A stretch of 46,618 nucleotides of DNA. Origin: Pedobacter sp. (lineage in GTDB: Bacteria; Bacteroidota; Bacteroidia; Sphingobacteriales; Sphingobacteriaceae). Made by a program: the position numbers and the translations under genes. Positions 1 to 6,627 of the stretch are shown piece by piece (positions within the stretch are counted from its first letter, which is position 1; each line of letters starts with the position of its first letter). The stretch is from positions 1-46,618 of the forward strand of contig DATFQH010000348.1 of NCBI GenBank assembly GCA_035264385.1, in the 5' to 3' direction. The notes below the pieces were generated by a model, which was given only the letters and a program-made list of their open reading frames with translations, ran no database searches and had not been told where the DNA came from.

Positions 1-2
1 TG

Positions 3-1151
3 GTGAATGAAAACGGAGCTTCTATCTATTCTGCCTCTGATGTTGCAAGAGAAGAATTCCCAAATCATGACATTACCGTTCGTGGTGCAGTATCTATCGG
101 AAGAAGACTGATGGATCCTTTGGCAGAACTAGTAAAGATCGATCCTAAGTCTATTGGTGTTGGGCAGTACCAGCACGATGTAGACCAAAATAAATTGCAG
201 GCATCGCTGGATGATACGGTGATGAGCTGTGTGAATGCTGTAGGCGTAGAACTGAATACTGCATCCAAACAAGTGCTGGCCTATGTGTCGGGTCTTGGTC
301 CGCAATTGGCTCAGAATATTGTAAACTACCGCAATGAGCACGGTGCATTTAAGAATAGGGAAAGCCTTAGAAAAGTGCCCAGACTTGGAGATAAAGCATT
401 TGAACAGGCTGCAGGCTTCCTGAGGATCAGAAATGCAGAGCATGCCCTGGATTCGAGCGCGGTGCACCCTGAGCGTTATGCCCTGGTGAATAAGATGGCC
501 CGTGATCTAAACTGTAGTGTGGCACAGCTGATGAGAGATGCAGAACTGAGAAAGCAGATCAAACTGCAGCAGTATGTAAGCGATGAGATCGGTTTGCCTA
601 CTTTAAATGACATCATGAATGAGCTGGCAAAGCCAGGAAGAGATCCGCGTGAACAGTTTGAGGCATTTAGCTTTACAGATGGTGTTAATCAAATAGCAGA
701 CCTTAAAGTCGGCATGAAGCTTTCGGGTATTGTAACGAACATTACCAATTTTGGTGCCTTTGTAGATATTGGTGTTCATCAGGACGGGTTGGTGCACACC
801 AGTCAGATCTCCGATAAATTTGTAGCCAACGCAGCAGACGTGGTGAAGGTGCATCAGAAAGTAGAAGTCAGGGTAGTAGAGGTTGATGTAACCAGAAAAC
901 GGATTTCATTGTCCATGAAGCCGGAACTTGCTCCTAAACCTAAACAGGATCATAAGAAGCAGGAAAGTGGTCAGATTAAGAAATTTGACAAGCCTGCCGG
1001 CCAGCAAAACCGCAATTCGGGGCATGGCTCAGGTCAGCCACATAAAAAGGCGGAGAAACCCCAGCATCATAAAGGCAGCCAAAAGGAGAAACCACTTCCG
1101 GACGGAGATTTGCAATTGAAGCTGGAGGCATTGAAGAATATGTTTAAATAA
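3..1151 (+). CDS. tex: Tex/YhgF RNA-binding transcriptional accessory protein (5' truncated by window)
   Basis: NENGASIYSAS, RGAVSIGRRLMDPLAELVKIDPKSIGVGQYQHD, HhH repeats and a C-terminal S1 domain (NITNFGAFVDIGVHQDGLVH). Confidence 0.95.
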   Translation: MNENGASIYSASDVAREEFPNHDITVRGAVSIGRRLMDPLAELVKIDPKSIGVGQYQHDVDQNKLQASLDDTVMSCVNAVGVELNTASKQVLAYVSGLGPQLAQNIVNYRNEHGAFKNRESLRKVPRLGDKAFEQAAGFLRIRNAEHALDSSAVHPERYALVNKMARDLNCSVAQLMRDAELRKQIKLQQYVSDEIGLPTLNDIMNELAKPGRDPREQFEAFSFTDGVNQIADLKVGMKLSGIVTNITNFGAFVDIGVHQDGLVHTSQISDKFVANAADVVKVHQKVEVRVVEVDVTRKRISLSMKPELAPKPKQDHKKQESGQIKKFDKPAGQQNRNSGHGSGQPHKKAEKPQHHKGSQKEKPLPDGDLQLKLEALKNMFK

Positions 1152-1155
1152 GAAG

Positions 1156-1424
1156 GAAAAATTACCGTTCTCTTCGAAGCCTGCATCCTTTGAAGCTTCG
1201 CAACAACGGCGCTAAGGTCTTCTCTGAGACGGTAATTTTTCTGGGAAGGGAATAAATCGAAGCCTGCATCCTTTGAAGCTTCGCAACAAAGGCGCTAAGG
1301 TCTTCTCAGAGCAGGTAATTTTTCTTGGAAACGAATAAACAGAAGCTTGCATCCTTTGAAGCTTCGCAACAACGGCGCTAAGGCTTCTCTGAGCAGGTAA
1401 TTTTTCCGGGAATGTAATAAAGAC
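1156..1424. repeat. Three tandem ~83-bp intergenic repeat units, overlapping a terminator-like inverted repeat
   Basis: Units start at 1176, 1259 and 1342 with GAAGCYTGCATCCTTTGAAGCTTCGCAACAAMGGCGCTAAGG...GGTAATTTTTC; GAAAAATTACCG (1156-1167) is complementary to CGGTAATTTTTC (1230-1241). Confidence 0.9.
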
Positions 1425-1434
1425 AGATGGAACC

Positions 1435-1908
1435 TTACAGCTCAATCTGTCTTCTGATACTTTCTTCTAAAGAGATCAGCGTTTCAGTGCGCTGAATGCC
1501 TGATACTGCCTGGATCTCTTCATTGAGCACATGTCTGAGATGGCCCGTATCCCTGCAAATGATCTTGGCAAACATACTATAGGCGCCGGTAGTATAGTGC
1601 AACTCTACAACCTCCTTAATTTTGCTCAGTTGTTCTACGGCATCTTTATACTGAATTCCCTTTTCGAGGTAGATCCCGAGAAAGGCCGTAATGTCATAAC
1701 CCGCTTTTTGCGGATCAATGATCAGGTGAGAACCTTTGATAATGCCCATTTCATGCAGCTTCTTCATTCGAACGTGGATCGTGCCACCAGAAACGATAAG
1801 ATCTTTAGCGATTTCGGTATAAGGCTTTGTAGCGTCCTGCATCAGCTGTTTCAGAATATCGATATCGAGGTTATCAATTTCTAAATTTTGGCTTTCTTTT
1901 TTAAGCAT
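1435..1908 (-). CDS. asnC: Lrp/AsnC family regulator, AsnC-like
   Basis: Shares motifs I recall from E. coli AsnC along its whole length: IDNLD, GTIHVR, GYD, YTTGxYSxFxKxxCR, LxHVL, IQxTETLI. Confidence 0.85.
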   Translation of the reverse strand: MLKKESQNLEIDNLDIDILKQLMQDATKPYTEIAKDLIVSGGTIHVRMKKLHEMGIIKGSHLIIDPQKAGYDITAFLGIYLEKGIQYKDAVEQLSKIKEVVELHYTTGAYSMFAKIICRDTGHLRHVLNEEIQAVSGIQRTETLISLEESIRRQIEL

Positions 1909-1933
1909 CGTTTTAATATTTGGTAACGTATTT

Positions 1934-1941
1934 CAAAAATA
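1934..1941 (-). promoter_or_regulatory. Bacteroidota -7 box for asnC
   Basis: TATTTTTG on the minus strand, 25 nt upstream of the start codon. Confidence 0.55.
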
Positions 1942-1981
1942 ATTTAAAATTTCATAAAAATAAAATAAAATGTTTAAAATA

Positions 1982-2013
1982 TTTGCAACGTATTGGACTT
2001 GTTCTTACATTTG
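1982..2013 (+). promoter_or_regulatory. Consensus Bacteroidota primary-sigma promoter for the tRNA-like unit
   Basis: TTTG (1982-1985), 20-nt spacer, TACATTTG (2006-2013). Confidence 0.8.
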
Positions 2014-2036
2014 TATCAAGCAAGCAGAAAAAAGAT

Positions 2037-2044
2037 GTTCTTTA
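2037..2044 (+). promoter_or_regulatory. boxA-like antitermination element
   Basis: GTTCTTTA upstream of RNA 1; identical copy at 2214-2221 upstream of RNA 2. Confidence 0.55.
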
Positions 2045-2060
2045 AAGCTTGTTTATACTC

Positions 2061-2171
2061 TGTAGGGTGGTGAAATTGGCAGACGCACCTCCTTGTCTCG
2101 GTGGTGGAGAAAATGGAAAACCCGTAAGGGCTAACTACTCCTTGAAGGTTCGACTCCTTCCCCTACAGCCA
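2061..2171 (+). tRNA. Non-canonical tRNA-Asp(GUC)-like RNA 1 (111 nt, 39-nt variable region)
   Basis: Acceptor TGTAGGG/CCCTACA, G73, encoded CCA; class-II-like D arm GTGAAATTGGCAGACGC; anticodon stem CCTCC/GGTGG with loop TTGTCTC (GTC at 2095-2097); T arm GAAGG-TTCGACT-CCTTC. Confidence 0.9.
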
Positions 2172-2213
2172 ATATAGTAATATTAACTACCTAAAAAAAT
2201 ATTGCTTATATTC

Positions 2214-2221
2214 GTTCTTTA
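2214..2221 (+). promoter_or_regulatory. boxA-like element upstream of RNA 2
   Basis: GTTCTTTA 5 nt before the 5' end of RNA 2. Confidence 0.5.
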
Positions 2222-2226
2222 TATTA

Positions 2227-2371
2227 TGTTGGGTGGTGAAATTGGCAGACACGCCTTCTTGTCTCGGTGGTGGGGATTAATGGATAAACGCAGTTTATGG
2301 GTTGACCACAAATTAATTTTTGAACTGTAGCTAACTACCCCTTGAAGGTTCGACTCCTTCCCCAACAGCCA
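2227..2371 (+). tRNA. Non-canonical tRNA-Asp(GUC)-like RNA 2 (145 nt, 73-nt variable region)
   Basis: Acceptor TGTTGGG/CCCAACA (compensatory change relative to RNA 1), G73, CCA; same D loop, anticodon loop TTGTCTC (GTC at 2261-2263) and identical T arm. Confidence 0.9.
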
Positions 2372-2403
2372 GTTTTTTTATGAATAATAAGTTAGTTAAA
2401 AAC

Positions 2404-2436
2404 GAGTGACCTTGGATGAGGGCACTCTTTTTTTTT
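2404..2436 (+). terminator. Intrinsic terminator of the tRNA-like unit
   Basis: GAGTGACCT-tggatg-AGGGCACTC followed by T9. Confidence 0.8.
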
Positions 2437-2523
2437 GCCTTGTTTTTTATTGTGAACTGTATTTAGCCGTAAATTTTTTATCCAGCTGTTTGTGTAAGTT
2501 GTCCAGATTTATAGCTCTGCCCT

Positions 2524-2561
2524 CATATATATTTGCAACTGATTGGTTGCAAATATATATG
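2524..2561. repeat. Perfect 16-bp-arm palindrome containing two facing TATATTTG boxes
   Basis: CATATATATTTGCAAC-tgattg-GTTGCAAATATATATG. Confidence 0.85.
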
Positions 2562-2634
2562 CAATCGATCGGTTTCGCAAATTTATTTTTATATTCAAAT
2601 ATCTTTATTACTTTCATGCTCATTATTTTTTATT

Positions 2635-3045
2635 ATGAGCACCTCAAACAGAAGAAAATTTATTGGTACAGCTGCGGCCCTTGCGGCAGGTACGGCTGTA
2701 GCTACTGCAATGCCGTCGAATAGTATGGAAAAGAAATACCCTATATCGCACCATGTGCTTTTTTGGCTAAAAAACCCTGATTCTAAAGAGGACAGGGATA
2801 AACTGGTAGCCGGACTGAAAAAATTAAGTAAGATCGATACCATTCGCGAGTTGCATGTGGGCATACCTGCAGCAACTGAAGAGCGTGGTGTGATAGACAG
2901 CAGTTATAGTGTTTCTGAGCTGATGTTTTTTAGTGATCTGGCCGGTCAGAAAATCTATCAGGATCATCCTTTACACCAGGACTTCATTAAGGAATGCAGC
3001 CCGTTATGGTCTAAGGTGCTTGTTTACGATACAATGGCAGTTTAG
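2635..3045 (+). CDS. Dabb (stress-responsive A/B barrel) protein with twin-arginine signal
   Basis: Likely start ATG 2635 (MSTSNRRKFIGTAAALAAG); HHVLFWLK...YQDHPLH...VLVYD Dabb pattern. Confidence 0.85.
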   Translation: MSTSNRRKFIGTAAALAAGTAVATAMPSNSMEKKYPISHHVLFWLKNPDSKEDRDKLVAGLKKLSKIDTIRELHVGIPAATEERGVIDSSYSVSELMFFSDLAGQKIYQDHPLHQDFIKECSPLWSKVLVYDTMAV

Positions 3046-3131
3046 CCTGGAATGGTTCTAAATTCTAATATTTAATTTGCGGTTTAGTAAGGATAATACT
3101 AAAGCATTAGCTTTGAAATAAAAAAAATCTT

Positions 3132-3575
3132 ATGTATCAGATCTTAAGGAGTGCACATTCAGGTTGGCGCTATGTTGTTTTAATTTTATTGGTATTGGCT
3201 GTTGTACAGGCGCTTGCGGGATGGCTTGGTAAAAAACCATATGGTGAAGGAAACAGGAAGTTAAATGTATTTACACTGATTTCTGCGCATATACAACTGG
3301 TTTTTGGATTGGTGCTTTATTTCATGGGCCCATGGCTGAATGCTGATAGTTCGGTAGCACTGGGCCGTTACTGGAAAATGGAGCACGTCAGTATGATGAT
3401 TTTTGCGATCATCCTGATCACCGTAGGAAATGCAAGGTCTAAACGTGGTGGCGACCCTGCCGTAAAACACAGATCTATCGCACTGTATTTTGGTCTTGCG
3501 CTGATCCTGGTCCTTGCGGCTGTAATTGCTATGGTTAAAGCAGACCCAAGCCGTACATTCTTTGGCGTTTCATAA
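3132..3575 (+). CDS. Small 4-TM membrane protein with His residues (cytochrome b-like)
   Basis: Four hydrophobic segments; HSGWRY, AHIQL, EH motifs. Confidence 0.7.
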   Translation: MYQILRSAHSGWRYVVLILLVLAVVQALAGWLGKKPYGEGNRKLNVFTLISAHIQLVFGLVLYFMGPWLNADSSVALGRYWKMEHVSMMIFAIILITVGNARSKRGGDPAVKHRSIALYFGLALILVLAAVIAMVKADPSRTFFGVS

Positions 3576-3626
3576 TTTTTACAATTTAATTTTGCTTTGT
3601 AGTATTTATTTATATTTTTGTGACGC

Positions 3627-3704
3627 ATGATTAACAATATACATACTTGGCAATGGCGTAGTACTTCTGAAAAGAGTCTAGTCGTATCCTTGTGTACTTT
3701 ATAG
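3627..3704 (+). CDS. trpL: Trp leader peptide (25 aa)
   Basis: MINNIHTWQWRSTSEKSLVVSLCTL with W-Q-W; TATTTTTG -7 box at 3613-3620; lies upstream of trpE. Confidence 0.8.
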   Translation: MINNIHTWQWRSTSEKSLVVSLCTL

Positions 3705-3768
3705 TTATCAACCTAAACCAACCACATTGAAAACCCGACGTAGACCACACGTCGGGTTTTTGCTTTTT
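3676..3768 (+). terminator. trp attenuator (terminator plus antiterminator)
   Basis: Terminator AAAACCCGACGT-agaccac-ACGTCGGGTTTT plus T-rich tail; GTCTAGTCG (3676-3684) can pair with CGACGTAGAC (3737-3746) with one bulge. Confidence 0.8.
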
Positions 3769-3782
3769 GAATTAATTTAAAT

Positions 3783-3810
3783 GAGATCCTGAGATGAACT
3801 CGGGATAACG
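3783..3810. repeat. Degenerate REP-like palindrome
   Basis: GAGATCCTGAG-atgaa-CTCGGGATAACG, resembling GATCCTGA...TCAGGATGAC-type intergenic palindromes I recall from Bacteroidota. Confidence 0.45.
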
Positions 3811-3816
3811 AGGCTT

Positions 3817-5220
3817 ATGAGTAAATATAAAATTAACACAGCTTATAAAAAGAGACTTGCAGATACGACTACTCCGGTGAGTATTTATCTGCGTCTGAGG
3901 GATGTATTTCCAAATACGCTTCTGCTGGAAAGCTCAGACTATCATAGCAGAGAGAATTCTGTAAGTTATGTCTGCGCTGAGCCTGTAGCGGGTATTACTC
4001 TACAGAACGGCGTATTATCTTCCTATTTTCCTGATGGTACTAAACAGGAAAAGGCAGATTTTGTCCTTACTGAGGAGATTGATGCTTTTAAGGCATTGTT
4101 TCAGCCGGATGTGCAGGAGGATAAAAGATACATTTCGAGCGGCTTGTTTGGTTATTTTACCTGGAATGCCGTGCAGCATTTTGAAGACATCGTATTTTCG
4201 GCTGAGGCGCCAAAGGGAGAAGAGATTCCTTTGATGCAATATCACATCTATAGGTATATCATTGCGATTGATCACTTCAGAAATGAAGTTACGCTCTTTA
4301 AAAATACATTTAATGGAGATGATAACGCAGATCTTGATAAAATTGAATACCTGATCCAGAATAAGAATTTCCCGGAATATAGTTTTAAAACTAAGGGAGA
4401 AGAGCACTCAAATCTGACCAATGAGGATTTTATGGAGATGGTGGAAAAGATGAAAAAACACATCCTAAGGGGAGATGTTTTTCAGATTGTACCTTCCAGG
4501 GCATTTAAGCAGGGCTTTTTGGGCGATGAGTTTAATGTTTACCGTTGCCTTCGTTCTATAAATCCTTCTCCATACCTCTTTTATTTTGACTATGGCAGCT
4601 TCAAGTTGTTTGGTTCATCGCCTGAGGCGCAAATTACCATAAAGTACAACGTGGCTAATATTTTTCCTATCGCCGGAACCTTCAAACGTACGGGCAATGA
4701 TGAGGAAGATGCAGAGCAGGCAAGGAAGCTGGAGCAGGACCCTAAAGAAAGTGCAGAGCATGTGATGCTGGTAGATCTGGCAAGAAATGATCTGAGCAGG
4801 CATTGCAGTGGTGTACAGGTGAAATCTTTTAAAGAGGTGCAGTATTATTCGCACTTGATCCATCTTGTTTCTAAAGTAAGCGGCACCTTGCAGGATAAGG
4901 TTTCGGCATTTAAAATTGTGGCAGATACTTATCCGGCAGGGACACTGAGCGGTGCGCCTAAATATCGTGCTATGCAGCTGATTGACGAGTACGAGGGTTT
5001 GGGAAGGAATTTTTATGCGGGTGCACTGGGCTATATGGGTTTTAATGATGAGTTTAACCATTGCATCATGATCCGGACTTTTATGAGCAAAAACAATGAA
5101 TTGCATTACAGGGCAGGGGCAGGCATTGTAGCAGACTCTGTTGCTGAAAGTGAATTAAATGAAGTGAACAATAAGATTGCCGCATTGCGGAAGGCAATTG
5201 AAATGGCTAAAGAAATATAA
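3817..5220 (+). CDS. trpE: Anthranilate synthase component I
   Basis: LLESS, GDVFQIVPS, NPSPYLFY, GSSPE, PIAGT, EHVMLVDLARND, PAGTLSGAPK, AGAGIVADS. Confidence 0.96.
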   Translation: MSKYKINTAYKKRLADTTTPVSIYLRLRDVFPNTLLLESSDYHSRENSVSYVCAEPVAGITLQNGVLSSYFPDGTKQEKADFVLTEEIDAFKALFQPDVQEDKRYISSGLFGYFTWNAVQHFEDIVFSAEAPKGEEIPLMQYHIYRYIIAIDHFRNEVTLFKNTFNGDDNADLDKIEYLIQNKNFPEYSFKTKGEEHSNLTNEDFMEMVEKMKKHILRGDVFQIVPSRAFKQGFLGDEFNVYRCLRSINPSPYLFYFDYGSFKLFGSSPEAQITIKYNVANIFPIAGTFKRTGNDEEDAEQARKLEQDPKESAEHVMLVDLARNDLSRHCSGVQVKSFKEVQYYSHLIHLVSKVSGTLQDKVSAFKIVADTYPAGTLSGAPKYRAMQLIDEYEGLGRNFYAGALGYMGFNDEFNHCIMIRTFMSKNNELHYRAGAGIVADSVAESELNEVNNKIAALRKAIEMAKEI

Positions 5221-5221
5221 A

Positions 5222-5812
5222 ATGGAAAGCAACAATAAGCTGCGGAAGAAAATATTGGTAATAGACAATTATGATTCCTTTACCTACAACCTGGTACATC
5301 TGGTGAACGAACTGGACAGGGATGTGGAGGTTTGGAGAAATGATAAGTTTGAACTGGCGGATGTGGAACAGTTTGACAAGATCCTGCTTTCGCCGGGGCC
5401 GGGGATTCCTGAGGAGGCCGGGTTATTGCTCGATGTGATCAAAACCTATGCGCCGACTAAAAGCATATTTGGCGTATGTTTAGGGCAGCAGGCCATTGCA
5501 GAGGCTTTTGGCGGAACGCTGCTGAACCTGGGCAGGCCTATGCATGGGATTGCTACACCTATCGATGTGCTGGACAGGAATGAAGTGGTATTCAGAGATT
5601 GTCCCGAAGTGATCAATGTGGGGCGCTACCATTCCTGGGTGGTGAGTGCTGAGGGTTTGCCGGATTGTTTTACGGTGACGGCTACCGATGCTACCCATGA
5701 GATCATGGCGCTTAGACATAATGATTATGATGTGCGCGGCGTACAATTTCATCCTGAAAGTGTACTGACCGAGCATGGGAAACAAATGATGAAAAACTGG
5801 TTAGAAAGCTAA
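5222..5812 (+). CDS. trpG: Anthranilate synthase component II (glutamine amidotransferase)
   Basis: IDNYDSFTYNL, LSPGPG, GVCLGQQ, RYHS, QFHPES; ATG 5222 directly after the trpE stop. Confidence 0.95.
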   Translation: MESNNKLRKKILVIDNYDSFTYNLVHLVNELDRDVEVWRNDKFELADVEQFDKILLSPGPGIPEEAGLLLDVIKTYAPTKSIFGVCLGQQAIAEAFGGTLLNLGRPMHGIATPIDVLDRNEVVFRDCPEVINVGRYHSWVVSAEGLPDCFTVTATDATHEIMALRHNDYDVRGVQFHPESVLTEHGKQMMKNWLES

Positions 5813-5813
5813 T

Positions 5814-6605
5814 ATGAACATTTTAGATCGAATTGTACTTCGCAAAAAGGAAGAGGTGGCTTTGGCTAAACAGTCGGTTTCTGTGGCGCAACTGGAGGCG
5901 GCGCTGCATTTCGGCCGTGTGCCTCATTCTTTTAAAGACTTTTTGCTGGATGAACAGCGTACCGGAATAATCGCTGAATTTAAACGTCAGTCACCTTCAA
6001 AAGGGATTATTAATGACAAAGTCAGGGTTGCTGATGTGACTACTGCCTATGCCGCTGCGGGGGCATCTGCGTTATCGGTGCTTACCGATACTGATTTCTT
6101 TGGCGGATATCCTAAAGATTTGCTGGAAGCGAGAGCCTGCAATGATATTCCTGTATTGAGAAAGGATTTTATGATCGATGAATACCAGATTCTGGAGGCG
6201 AAGGCCTGGGGGGCTGATATTATTCTGCTGATTGCGGCTATTCTTACGCCACAGGAAATCGCGAATCTGGCTGGAATGGCCAAAGGTTTGGGGCTGAATG
6301 TGTTGCTTGAGGTGCACAACCTTGAGGAACTGGAACGCAGCATTAGTACTGATCTGGATGCAATTGGGGTGAATAACCGTAATCTTGCTGATTTTACCGT
6401 GAACATACAGACTTCATTTGATCTTGTGAACCAGATTCCGTCTGATTTTATGAAGATTTCTGAAAGCGCGATCAGTGAGGCGGCTACAATAAATGAGTTG
6501 AAATGTGCGGGGTTCAATGGCTTCCTGATCGGCGAGAATTTCATGAAGACACAGGATCCCGGAGCTGCGATCCGCTCATTTGTCAGTGAACTGATCTCGG
6601 TATAA
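5814..6605 (+). CDS. trpC: Indole-3-glycerol phosphate synthase
   Basis: IIAEFKRQSPSKG, LSVLTD, LRKDF, LLEVH, GVNNRNL, ISES, FLIGE. Confidence 0.96.
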   Translation: MNILDRIVLRKKEEVALAKQSVSVAQLEAALHFGRVPHSFKDFLLDEQRTGIIAEFKRQSPSKGIINDKVRVADVTTAYAAAGASALSVLTDTDFFGGYPKDLLEARACNDIPVLRKDFMIDEYQILEAKAWGADIILLIAAILTPQEIANLAGMAKGLGLNVLLEVHNLEELERSISTDLDAIGVNNRNLADFTVNIQTSFDLVNQIPSDFMKISESAISEAATINELKCAGFNGFLIGENFMKTQDPGAAIRSFVSELISV

Positions 6606-6627
6606 CTTTTGTATCTTTGTATTTTAC

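Noticed and set aside
1176-1424. CRISPR array
   Set aside because: The constant part is ~65 bp, the ~17-bp linkers resemble each other, and there are no cas genes.
1212-1445. 77-aa minus-strand ORF after asnC
   Set aside because: It is just the translation of the tandem repeat, with repeated peptide fragments.
2112-2337. Y RNA (Ro60-binding) identity for the AAUGGA/GCUAACUA motif
   Set aside because: Only loose resemblance; the GUCCGA bulged helix is absent and there is no rsr or rtcB gene in the window.
2105-2343. Self-splicing introns, tmRNA or tRNA-Sec as the explanation of the long RNAs
   Set aside because: The inserts are too short for group I/II introns and lie in the variable arm; there is no tag ORF or Ala identity; the fold is 7/5 with GUC, not UCA.
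2061-2371. Prophage/ICE att-site duplication or tRNA pseudogenes
   Set aside because: No integrase; both copies are full length with compensatory changes, a promoter and a terminator.
2406-2723. 105-aa ORF and the extended 2533 start of the Dabb ORF
   Set aside because: They run through a terminator, a palindrome and AT-rich promoter DNA; ATG 2635 gives a clean Tat signal.
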